From positions 15,252,001 through 15,316,000 of the forward strand of contig OZ004613.1 in assembly GCA_963924565.1 (NCBI GenBank): a stretch of 64,000 nucleotides of DNA, given 5' to 3'. Source of the DNA: Ascidiella aspersa. Taxonomy: Eukaryota. A model generated the notes under the pieces. The model worked only from the letters and a program-made list of their open reading frames with translations. It was not told where the DNA came from and did no database searches. Positions 44,831 through 56,829 of this stretch are shown piece after piece (position 1 is the first letter of the stretch; each line of letters starts with the position of its first letter). Made by a program: the position numbers and the translations under genes.

Positions 44831-47800
44831 GTTGGTATTAGTATTTATTTGCCTCTAGTTATTTACATTATTTTGTTAAATATATTTATTAACCAATAAT
44901 CAAGATCAACACTAAATTACAGGCCATGCTCTGTTTTTTTGCCAATTAACGAAATTCTGTATAAAATTTCGCCTCGTGCTAATCTTGTTTTACTTTATGG
45001 TAGCTTATATTTCTGTTCGCTTTAAGTTTTAAATGTGTTTTTCATCATGTTTTTGCTTAAAAGTTAAAATCTTTGGCTATTTCACATATAGCTTTCAATT
45101 TCTTTCTCCGCGCGGAATTGGTTAAGCCTCGACAGAAATGCTCTGAAATTATTTAAACTCGATTTGAGCTATAGGCTACATGTTTTATGACTTGATTTTT
45201 CATTTCATATTTTTAGATGTTATGTAGCCTCCAAATCAACCATCTTAAATCCATCCCAGACTCCATGTGTTTGTTGCAACATGGGTGGCGTTTAAAGAAT
45301 CTGCCATGACAAAGAAAGCGGTAGTAAATAAATCGGTTGGGAAGGACTGTCACTCCTCTAGGGTGGGTTCCTGGCCATTGAAAAACAAGATAATGTGGAT
45401 TTTTTATTGCACCAGTCGGAGGTTTTATACCCACGAGAAGTTAAATAAAAAAAACTCGACCTGACAGCCACAAAAACACCACCAATAATAAACCAAAAAT
45501 CATTTTGGGGTTGTGTAAATATGTTTTTTTTTAGATTTTGTGAACGTGTCGTCTCTGGTGTCTTTCTTCACTGCTACTCTGTGGCATTCTGTGAAATAAT
45601 AAACTAAACAACCAGAAAGAGCAAAAAGTAACCAAACTATTGCCATATCAGTATCACATTTTCCATTGTATTTTACACCTTGATGGAAATGTTCTTATAA
45701 CTTATAGATTATCTAGATTTTCTAAATTAATACAAGTGGCAATACAGAAAGTGCAAGTTTGCACTCATGTAAGCACCTATGCCTATATAGTTGTTTGTAA
45801 TCCAGTGGTCGGGTAGGGCTACTCAAAACGTTCCCCACAACCGGGAGCCTACAAACCACCCTTCTTCATTATCTTGATTCACAGATACGATTAATTTATT
45901 TTTGTCTTTTCAAATTAGCTGTATTATTTTTGACGATCAATTATTTCCGCTTTTTAACCTATCATTCCACATTATTCAAAACATGACTAATGCTTAACCA
46001 GGTTCTTCACTTCTGCTTGTTTAGCCAAAGATGTGTTGTGGTGGCAGCAGCAATATTTTACAGGGATTTACTATTGGTTGGAGATGGATTTACTATAGGT
46101 TGCAGATGTTTTTTCTATACTATACTATATAATGCAGTAATCCCCTGGCGGATACCCAATGTATTGTATAAAATTAGATAATAAATATTGTTCATTGTAG
46201 CTAAACGCAAAAATAGACAAATACTAATGGCCTTTTTTGGTCTATTAACGAGTATAACCTTAGAATGTAATTTGTGTCTACTGGACTTTTGCAAAATTAA
46301 TGTATTCTGGTGTGAGCCTCTATACGATAACTATTTCACAGCAATTTTCGTAATCACAATCACAAAATTGAACAGAATTAGTCCTCTTTTTGTAAATGAC
46401 AGCACTTTTTGGCAGTTTAGCGTATTTAGACTAGATTTTAGGAAAATATTTCGCACGATTTCGATCAAGTCTTACAACAAAGGTATAAGGTTCTAAAAAA
46501 TGCAATCCAAAAATGCAGTTAAGAGATTGGTACGCCACAATTAAATCATTTCGAACTGTTCTATTTGCCTGTAAAGCTTAAAACATCTCATTTCGTCCGC
46601 ATTTTTGGAGCAATCAGATAACAGATCAGAGCGTACAGGCAATTTCAAAATTTAATGAAAATAATTGACTTTTTACTTTAGTTAGTCTAATTATATGGCT
46701 TACAATTTTATATAGCTGGCAAATTTTGGTCCTACAGATCTAAGCGTTTCTAGCTTTCGATACCCACATTTTGTCGCTTGAAGTAGAACAATCTGTGAGA
46801 ACATAAATAGAAGAACCTTAGAACGAAACTTCTAATGAGTACCAGACGAAATTGTGAACAACATCCTTACAAACAATTAAAAACGGCAAATGTTACACTT
46901 TTGCAACTACTTTTTCCTGTTCGAAATTATAGCCAACCCAAATATATATAATACCGTAGCTACGAGACGAAATACTCGGCGTTGCCCAGGTTAAATAGAA
47001 TATTTACGAGCCATTCTTGCTGGTTAAAAATTAATGACACCGACAATATCCACAATAATGTTCGAAGTCTAATTGACTTTTGTCTGGTTAAGCAAAATGA
47101 AACAATCCATCATACTGTGGGCTCTTTGTCACTATTGCACATGTAGAGAAACGACGCATGTCTGTTTGTGCTTGTAATTATAGCGTGTTCGCCTGGTAAA
47201 GTGTTAAATATTTCACCTAGATACTCATTTCCTTTCGTGGCCGTTCTGGCAAATCTAGCCGACATTCGACTCAGCTAATCTCCATCGCAGTCGCTCTTGT
47301 GCTATGTAGTTTCACGCTGCTGTTGGATTAAACACTACAGTCAACTGATGCATGCCTTACTTGCGAGACCCGTTTTTACTGCGCTGTAAGCTCTTTTATT
47401 GAAAGCGAGCTATGCTAAATTATGTGAATGTACAATAAATCTTTAAGCGACCTGACAGTATACACTTTGAAATGCTATGTTTAGTTTCGATTTAGTGGGG
47501 TTCAGATAGCACGGTGGTCATGTCTCACCTGTTGAAATATACACACATTACGTTGTTACGTTAAACTACTAGCCTCTTGTTGTAGCCCATGATTATGGAA
47601 GATAAATGTGGTAAAAAGCATAGACCCAATAAAGAACGTTACGAAAAACTTTTTTTATTTGCAAACATATTTTTTTAAATGGCATAACAAATTTGATTAT
47701 GCCTTTTTGCACTACGTGTCACTAAATAGAAATTTCAAATCATGTGATGTGTTTTGAATCCTGTCATGTCGCGTGTCGCTGTGATTATTTAATCACTAAT

Positions 47801-49366
47801 TCACGTGTTACTGGCATTGTATAAGCTTGCTGAAGCCGCATGTTATAGCCGGTCATTTTAAAAATTTTGGGGTATTTAATATCAAACCAAATTGCAACGT
47901 TGTGCTTTTTTAAATAGAGATACTAAAAACACAACCTTGACTAAACACGTGACGTCTCGCATATTTTACGTAACGAAAACCCGTGACATATATCGATCGG
48001 AAATCATCAACAAACGTAAAACCTGAAGTCGTAGCATGATTTGTTTAAATTGCGCGAAATTTAAGCAAATACGTAATCACGGTAGGTACCATGCATCCAA
48101 CGAAAGAAAATCCCATTTGAAAAGTAAATTTACTTTGTGTTCAAACCGCTGCAATAAACGCGATATTTTGCAAACTCAATCCAAAAGTTGCTTGGTTTAT
48201 ACTCGGTTAGGGTTGCTGTCTGTGTAAGTGTCTAAACGCCTCATGAAAAAATGTTAAGGAAAACGCTCAATAAACGCATTATTTTGCGAACTTAGACTAT
48301 CTTTTACGTGGTTGAACAAACTGCAAAAAGCTATTAAACATAAAGTGTAAACTTCGCCAAATGACATTTTATTTTTACCAAGGCAATGTTCTTGACGTGA
48401 TTTTTACGGTCACGCAGGTTATTGCCCTATAAATGTTTGGAAACGTTTACCCTTTTACGTCAAGAGGTTTTGCGAAAAGTCGCACGCGCGCCTCTTGGAT
48501 TTAATATGCAACCAAAGTGCGACTATAGCACACAGCACTTGACTAAGCTTGTCATACATCTTTCAAATAACGAAAACCTGTTTGCCTAAATTTTGCATGG
48601 TTAAACATACTGCAATAAGTTTTAAGCTTATGTATTTACTGGGAACGTTGAATACGTTCAGTAACAAGATATTTTATAAACATGTGATGAACTGGCCGCT
48701 GTCAAGCCGCTGGAACCCAAGGTCTAAGTACGTCAAACATATTTGAAAACATTAAAATTTATTAAGGCAGTATACTTAATTTAAGGGTCTTACGATATGT
48801 CGCGCGCGCGCCCCTGAAGAAGCGAGCGCACGGTGGGGATTCGCTGGTCCTTTTGTTAAGCGACGATTCACTCCCAACTCGTGAATCGTCGCTTAACCAA
48901 AAATTCGCCAAAAAGTATTTTGCGATAGGCCTATAAATATGTCGTTTGTTAACCTAATTTTCGTCATTCTGGTTAATTATTGAATAAATTTAAACCTATA
49001 AAAATAGGCTAAATATTACCGGTATCAGAGATAAGCTGAAGAAAGGAAGGAAGGTTTAATAATAACAGGGTAAAACAAAATAAAACAAAACAAACAATTT
49101 TTATCCATAAAATTAATAATAGAGAAAATTTGACAAAAATAAATTCTAAAAAAATCCTCCCAGAATGATAATGGTTTGTCGTTGGTTATATATGGTGTCA
49201 CCAAATCACTGACAGGCTGTTAACAAATCGGTGACAGGTGTCAGTAATTTGGTGACACTGACAGGGTGTCAATTTAAAATCGCAAACCCTGAAGCAGTTA
49301 GGAATTGGGTGGTACTAAATAACGTATGGTACCGAATGGAACTTAATGGAACTCAATGGAACTCGT

Positions 49367-52234
49367 ATATTTGATTGTTATATTAGGACCGATGACCGAA
49401 AAAAGAAAAGGGCCTGGAAAATCCAGTGCTGTTTACAACTACTTTAAAAAATGCGAAGACGAGGACAAATTGATGCGCGACGTTGCTGGCTGCTGTACCA
49501 AAGTTAGCATTTCATGTGCGAGCAGCAGCAACGTCTGCTCAAATTTAAAGAGACATCTAAAGAGAAAACACCATGTAGAGTACAATGCTGTGTCCACAAA
49601 GGACAAAAAAATAAAACACACCAGCAGGGCCGTGGAGACGCAAGCTAAGCTGACGTCGTTTTATACAACAAAAAAATCAACATAAACATGGATGACATCC
49701 AAATGAAGAAACACATAATAAGTTTAGTAGTGAAGAACGGTTTACCGCTGGTAAGAAGTAATTTTCTTTCTTGATCTGAAAATTTTAACCCAAAAGGATG
49801 AAACCCTAAATTTAACTCTTTTCATTGCATAGGTGACAATTCTCGAGTCCCGGGTTCAAGGGCCTTGTGGAAGACATGGCACAGAAGCTGGGAGTTGCTT
49901 TAGATCGAGATGCTATCAGGAATCTCATCACCGGTGAAGCCAGCGCAAGAATCCAAGAGTTAAAAGTCGAGTTGCGTGGAAGGCTGGTTTTTCTTAAAGT
50001 TGGTGGATGCACCCGCCAAAAAAAAAATTACTTTGCCGTAAATGTGCAGTACATTGGGGGTGATAATAAAGTGAAAATTAAAACGCTGTCTATACGAGAC
50101 TCGGAAGGCAGACACACTGGACGAGACACGAAGGACATGATCGAGGCAACCATGCAACTCTTTTCTTTAAGCAAAGCCCAGGTCAGTCGTGCGAATACAA
50201 TGATGTCTGCTATTTTAAGTTACTTTTCAGCCAATGCCCAAAAGTGTTAAACACAAGTTTTGAGCTTGTTTTTTAGCCACACAAAAACACGTATGTGTTG
50301 ATTTTGTAACTTTTAATGTAGAATAATAATAGTCTGCCTTAAGTAGCAGACATCACGCCACATTTGGTGCATTGTGACGTTATAATCGAACGGTTTAATG
50401 GAACCCAATGGAACTCAGCGCGTCTACGAGCTGACAGCGCGTCTACGAGCTGAACTGGCGGCCGTGGAAGGAGAAGAACATCTCTCCCTACTTTACAGAC
50501 TTGTATACATGCTAGTGCAATGTATGGTGACGCGTGCATTGTATTATGATGTACATGTAACGCGCACTCGAATACGTACGTACGTATCGAACGGTTGTTC
50601 GTAAACATGAAGTTTAACGCTCACAGACGATGTTTGTTTAATACAAAGTTAGACTGTATTTTAAAACAAGTTTGTTATTGCAGTCAGGGTTTAAAAATTT
50701 CGAGATTAAACTTTTTTAATATATATATATATTCCATTGAATCGGCTTAACGTTGCAGGACTGCAGGTGTAAGCGGTTGTCGTCGACAACGCTTCAAACA
50801 TGACGAAGGCGGTGCAGCTTTTAAATGAGGACGGGGACGAACCAAAAGTTGAAGTGGAGGTAGAGGTGGAGGTAGAGGTGAACGAGGAAATCAACAGGGA
50901 TTCATTTGTCGAAGAGGAAGAAGCCTTGGACACTGGGCTCGAGTTCAATTTGGCTGTGAGCAACGAAGATTTCAATTGCAAAATATATCACATGCGTTTT
51001 GTAATACACACTCTACAGTTGGGGATAAGGGATGACTTGAAAGGCGAGCCGACCGCAGGACTCTTAAACAGGGTATGAGTTGTCGTGAAAAAACTACGAA
51101 CGGCCAACTTAGCCCCAATTTTGAAGAAAAGGTGTGGCCTTCAGACAATTCTAGATATGGAAACAAGGTGGGGTACGACCTACCTCATGCTAGAGCGTCT
51201 TCTGCGCACGAGACCAGTCGTCGAAGAGCTTGGCGACGCGGCTCCTGCTCTTTTCATGTATGAACAAAAGTGGGAACGGGTCGCCACCCTCAAGGGCCTT
51301 TTGGAAGAACCTTACAACGTAACGGTACGGTTGCAAGCCGCAGAATTGACTCCCGGCACGTTTTTAAAAGAATGGTGTTTCTTGAAAATGAAGCTCGGTC
51401 GGTTGGGGCAAACACACTCTGTTGCAAAAGATATTGGATAGTCTAGAGCTCAGGGAGGTAACTATGTTGGAGTATAACGAAATATTTTCAGCAGCTGTGT
51501 CGCTCGACTTGCGGTACCGGCTTCTGTTATGCGATGAAAAGCGTAGGACCGGGAAGCGGGTTTGATTGGAAATACTGCGTCGCCTTCGACGTGTCGAGTC
51601 AGCTGCGGCAGTCCAATCTGACAGCGAAGTTGACGACGAACCTGTAGATACCTCTTCCACTGCTTCTAGTGGCGATGAACTTGAAAAGGCTCTCGACAGA
51701 TAAGCTAAAGCCCTCTCTACAGCCAAGCTGAGACACGCGACGGGAGAGAAAGGCATGGAACAGGCCTGGACGGCCATGGAAGAGCTGGGTCGAATGAAGG
51801 GGAAAACCGTTTTTGAGACAATCCAATACCTTCCTCACGAACTACAGGAGTTGGCGATGGTTCTGTAAGCTTTACCAGTTAGTCAAGTGAGCGTCGAACG
51901 ATTGTTCAGCGCATTAAAATTCATCCTGTCTGATTGGCGCAGCTGAATGAAAGAAGATCTGGTGGAATCTATCCTATTTTTACGTATGAACGAATAATAA
52001 TCGCTATGTTGTTGTATTTTTCTTTCTTTTTTTGTTTCTTTCTTTAAAGTTACGATAAAACTAAATACAGCACAGGGCAACTTGGTTATTTATATTGGGT
52101 ATTTGCTTTTCGTTAGCTGGTTTTATATCTATATATATAAGTCGGATTTGGGAGTCGGACTCGGGAGTCGGAATCGGGTTTATTTTGTAGTTCGGAGTCG
52201 GACTCGGGTTGTTTTAAACCGACTCCGCAGCCCT
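49367..52234 (+). pseudogene. Intron-containing hAT (BED-finger, hATC) transposase pseudogene; right TIR present, left TIR missing
   Basis: SAVYNYF...SNLKRHLKRKH (BED), VVVDNASNM, RFVIHTLQL (CxxH mutated), TRWGTTYLMLERL, PVSQVSVERLFSALKFILSD (hATC). Many stops. Introns ~49751-49832 and ~50182-50760. Right end GAGTCG arrays then CCGACTCCGCAGCCCTG (52234). Confidence 0.92.
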
Positions 52235-53640
52235 GAGGAGAATCACTAAATACTGAATGGTACCGAATGGAACCCAATGCAACTCGTAGGAGAATCACTA
52301 TTACCGAATATGGTACCGAATGGAACGCAATAACTGATGACAAAACTAACTGTCTTTACTTTCTTTCACAGCACTTAGCAAAACAACGATCAGTCTCACT
52401 TGCAGCTGAAATAAAATCTCGAGTTTGCCGTATTAAAACGACGAAGTCGGGTCTTTGTAGATATAATAGCTATTTTGATAAACTCTGCCTAACTTTTAAG
52501 AACTCTGCCTAACTTTTAAGCGATTAAACATGCTTCTTACGTAAGAAGCGATTAAACATGCCGCGACCGTTTAAAAGCAGGGAGTCGAACCGCTTGACTT
52601 TTCCGGTTCAGGTTCGGTTCGGGTTCAAGGAATTTTTCGGAATCCGGTTCAGATCCGGTTTCGGTTTCGAGCAATTTAAAAGTTCCGGTTCAGCTCCGGT
52701 TCGACCGTGGTTATTTCAAAACCGGTTCATAAAGTTCGGTTCGGGTACAATATAAGTTGCGTGAAATTTAAAAATGTGGGTCAATAAATGTAGAGAATAA
52801 TCTTTGAATTGTAGGCCTAAGTCATTTAATCTAAGTTACGTGACGTATTAAAAACAGCCTAGCTCATTATTAGGCTAATATATCTAAAAAATAAAAAAAT
52901 CCACGTTTTGTTTAATAAAAATTCATGTTTTTTCATAAAATTTCGAACATGGCGTAACTTCTGTAAAATATACAAACTCTGTAAAATTTAGTTGTGGCGT
53001 CATGCTGGAGTGAACCGCTTTTGTTTACAGGTTGGGTTCAGTTAAGGTTAAGGTTCCTTTCAAATTATTTGGTTCAGTTCCGGTTCGGCTCCTCACAATC
53101 TTACAAAACACGGTTCAGGTTCGGAAAAAATTGACCCAAAACCGGTTCATAAAGTTCCGGTTCGGTTCCGGTTCGACTCCCTGTTTAAAAGTGAAAATTG
53201 CTATGGTCATTTTTAAGAGTATTGCCATAACTCTCGTTTAAGACCCGGCGGACTAAGCAAGCCAGTTATAGATATTCCGATTTAGACACATTTGGTTCAA
53301 TTGGGCTCCATTCAGGACCATTCGGTACCATTCTGTATTTAGTAATTCTCCTACGAGTTACATTAGGTCTTTTGTGTCCCATTCGTTACCATTCGGTATT
53401 TAGTAATTCTCCTATGAGTTCTATTGAGTTTCATTGGGTTCCATTCGGGTATCATTCGGTACCATTCGGTATTTAGTGATCATCCTACGAGTTACATTAG
53501 GTCCTATTGGGTTCCATTCAGTAGCATTTGGTATTAAGTGAATCTCCAACGAGTTACATTAGGCCCTATTGAAATCTTGTGGGTTCCATCCGGTACCTTT
53601 CGGTATTTAGTGATTCCCCTACAAGTTACCTTTGGTTCTA
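52235..53640. repeat. Foldback-like element with ~50-bp tandem units in inverted arms (49300-49366 + 52235-52335 vs 53290-53640)
   Basis: Unit actaaataccgaatggtaccgaatggaacccaatggaactcgtaggagaatc on +, with reverse-complement units at 53290-53640. Confidence 0.75.
52578..53183. mobile_element. hAT MITE with GGTTC arrays
   Basis: 14-bp TIR CAGGGAGTCGAACC; perfect TSD TTTAAAAG (52570-77 / 53184-91). Confidence 0.95.
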
Positions 53641-54527
53641 TTTTTCATTTTAGTATTGCTTTTAAGGTCCAGTGTGCCATTTTGTGTTCATTGCAACCCT
53701 CCTTAGGTATCATACGTTTTAAAATACTCTCATGCGACATGATATGCTTCAGTGTAAAGTGACATCAGAGGAGTAATGGGTTGCCAGTTTGAAAATTTAG
53801 GCTTTTTTGGTTTTATTCAAAAAAATCATGAGTGTTATGTTCAGAAGAGATCAAACTTACACAAAAAGAGAAAAAGTGCCAAACAAAATTTACAAAAAGA
53901 GAAAAAAATCGCAAGAAAATTTTACAAAACCGACAAAAAATTTGAAAAATTGCTGCAAAAAGAGAAATTGGCGCTGGTCTAGAATCCTACCACTTTTTTT
54001 TTTTTTTTTTTGAGCGGCAGGAGGTAAAGTAGCAAAATTTAGGTTTTAAAATGTAAATTCCAAAGGTAACAATAAAGCTGAAAATTTAGAATTGTGTAGT
54101 TGCCCTTGTGCTGGGTCTACCCTAATGATAAACACACCGTCAGAAAGAGCCAACCCTCTTCTGTACAGCGAGAGCAAAAACAAACCCCTATATGCATGGT
54201 GCGACGCCTAGCGGAACTCTTAGCGTACCCTATATTATAAATCTCTTACCACTAGGTGGCAGCACAGAAACTCTGGTCGAGTCTTGGGGTAGCCTTATTC
54301 TATTCCTAAAACGTAACTATGAGTGCTTAGTGCATTAGCCTTTCTTTACAGAGTCCATTCTTTGAGGGTAATGTGGCTGGAATATCTACGGCCGCCTAGC
54401 ATAGGAAATTGCATTGACGTGCGCAAGTAAAAGTATTTTGAGGTTTATACTAAAATCTCTGACTACCTTATAATGGAACTTAGCTGTTGGATTATCTGTT
54501 TGACAGTAAAACAAAATTTTGCACATT

Positions 54528-55266
54528 TAAAAACTGTATTTAGGATTTCTGGCGATGGCTGCCAAAATGTCCTCAAAATAGCGATCCGGGTCGCGCTGCC
54601 GGCGCTACATAAACTCATCTAGGTAGCCTGGAATAAGATGTGCCGGAGCGCCGTTCACACTTTTTATGTAGCGTTTTGCTGCACACCACAAACTTTCGAT
54701 ATGGTTTGTGTGAACGCCAGCTGGTGATACAAATTCTATTGAATGGTTCACCATCTCGTGCTGGAACCCTATAGCTGGAAAAAAGTATTATCTCATCAAT
54801 TATTTTTTATAAACGAATATAGCGCAACAGCTAAAGCTAAAAACCCTACATTGTTTTAAACTTACACGACAAGTTGTCGTAGGCGCGCCACATGTCGGAC
54901 CATATTGTGGTGCCTGGCTCGATGTTTTTCCAATATAATTGGCTGTAGGGTGGCGCGGTCCCGTTTTTCGACAATTTGCATGAAGCATTCTCTTGAAAAA
55001 CATGAATAAAATGCAGTGATATCGCAACAAACATGTGTATACGGTAAGTTGATGTTATTAAATGAACTCACTTGGTATCAATGTCGACGCCGCCAAATTG
55101 GGGTATTGGCCGTGCCTGCGCATTGGCGCTTGGCTTACGCCGAGCCACCAGCGATTCGTCGATTGCAACGACGTGGCCGACGCCGCCTATCATGGCCCTT
55201 GTAGCCATTAAATCTTCTGAACAAATCTGTAAAAAACATAATATTTATAAAACTTTAACACACACA

Positions 55267-55311
<45 letters not shown>

Positions 55312-56021
55312 CCTACGTACGCAAAAACACACAAAACGATAAACATAGTAGTAATACTTCTCTCAAGAAATTTCGCCAATATGTAACAGTTTGTTTTGAC
55401 AGGGCAGTGTGGCGGAGAATATCTATAGTTGATGCTTTAAATGACCAATGGTACACCAACTCGAATAGTGTTTCCAGGTCGACGTTGGATCCTTTAAAAA
55501 AGGATCCTTTTCTCAAAGAGAAAATTTTTCTACAATTCTATAAAAAAAACAATTTGTTTACACTAACAAAGCTTGGTTTCCAAAGTACAGGTTTTAAAAA
55601 GATAGTTTGGATACCGATGTAATTCATAACAAATTACTAGATATCAAGAACATAATACCATCGTTTAACAAAAGCATCCATGTTTTTTTAGGATAGTGTG
55701 CGTAATCTCGTTATATCTAATGACAACCAAAAATGCAGTTATTTGACACAATTAAATCAAGTTTAAAATATACGCTTGAAGAGTCTAATAACCACGGGCA
55801 TTTAATAGTTATCTTATTAACTAACTTACTCGTTTTGGACAGCGCCAAACCAATCCGTCTTGGGACGATCGCAAAACTTTTTGTTCCATTTGGATCTTAC
55901 AGCTTGGACATTCCATACGTGCTGCTATAATGCCCTTGCTCCGCGCCCAGGCCAAGGCTGAATCGAAAGTTCGGAGAGGTCCATTAGAAAAATAACGTAA
56001 GCTCAACATTGAACGATCCAT
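54528..56021 (-). pseudogene. Merlin / IS1016 (ISXO2-like DDE) transposase with 4 spliceosomal introns, lightly disabled
   Basis: Exons ~56021-55830, ~55531-55357, ~55227-55071, ~54991-54866, ~54773-54528. CPSC...WRC Zn ribbon; SLRKGSFF; IGGVGHVVAIDES; FGGVD; RDRATL.PII; PGTTIWSDMWRAY; HEMVNHSIEFV...GVHTNHIESLW; YLDEFM*RR. One frameshift (~54925) and one TAG at a conserved Trp. Confidence 0.92.
55258..55309. repeat. (CA)n microsatellite inside a Merlin intron
   Basis: ~25 CA units with one interruption. Confidence 0.97.
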
Positions 56022-56829
56022 GGTTCAAAATGTTTTTAACAAAATGATCGTCCTCGTGAAAAATAATTCACAAAGTCGTGTTTTAACTGTGACGTAATAA
56101 ATGCTTATCGCATAGGTTTGAAATGCCGGATGCGTCCACAAAGAGCATTGTTGACGATCTGTCTATAAACTCTATACCTAATAAACCCTGCAAAGCTAAA
56201 GTGACTACGATGCACATTTCTAACTTGTAGGTTACGTTAGCGTTTTGTTTCACGTCTTTTTAATGGACCAGTAAACATAATATAAAAAGTACGACGCTAT
56301 ATAAATTACTTTTTTTGCCATCACTTTAAGGTAAATGAACGATGAAATATATAGCGCTTCGGCAAAGTATTGTTTTACAGGATTTCACTGGCATGTGACT
56401 AAAGGTTAATGCCCTGGATTTCCATCGTTCAATTCTAGAAAAATTTATCCAGTTAAAAAACATTGTACGCTTATAAATGCAGTATTCTGTTTCGTCAAAT
56501 AGGCAATTTTTTCGCGCCTCGCGCGCACCATTTTGCCAGCATTCTCATTATCACATTACTTTTTGACGATGCTTTTTGTCGTCATCTTTGAACATTTCAT
56601 GACCTACGAAAACGAAAATCGTTGATCGCTCCTAGCACGCATGTCGCATATATAGCCTGCTTTATGTGGCCCGCGAAGTATATCAAAGAAATATTGTGGC
56701 CCGCGATGCTGTCAACCTTGGACCACCCTGATTTAAACCATGATTAGTTGGCGATTTTTATTTTTGTCAACAAGAAACAACAATAGTAGAAATTAAACGG
56801 TACGCTCCGTCCGTCTGCATATCATTAAA

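Noticed and set aside
53290-53640. CRISPR-like repeats
   Set aside because: Degenerate tandem units without spacers; the inverted arm of a foldback-like repeat.
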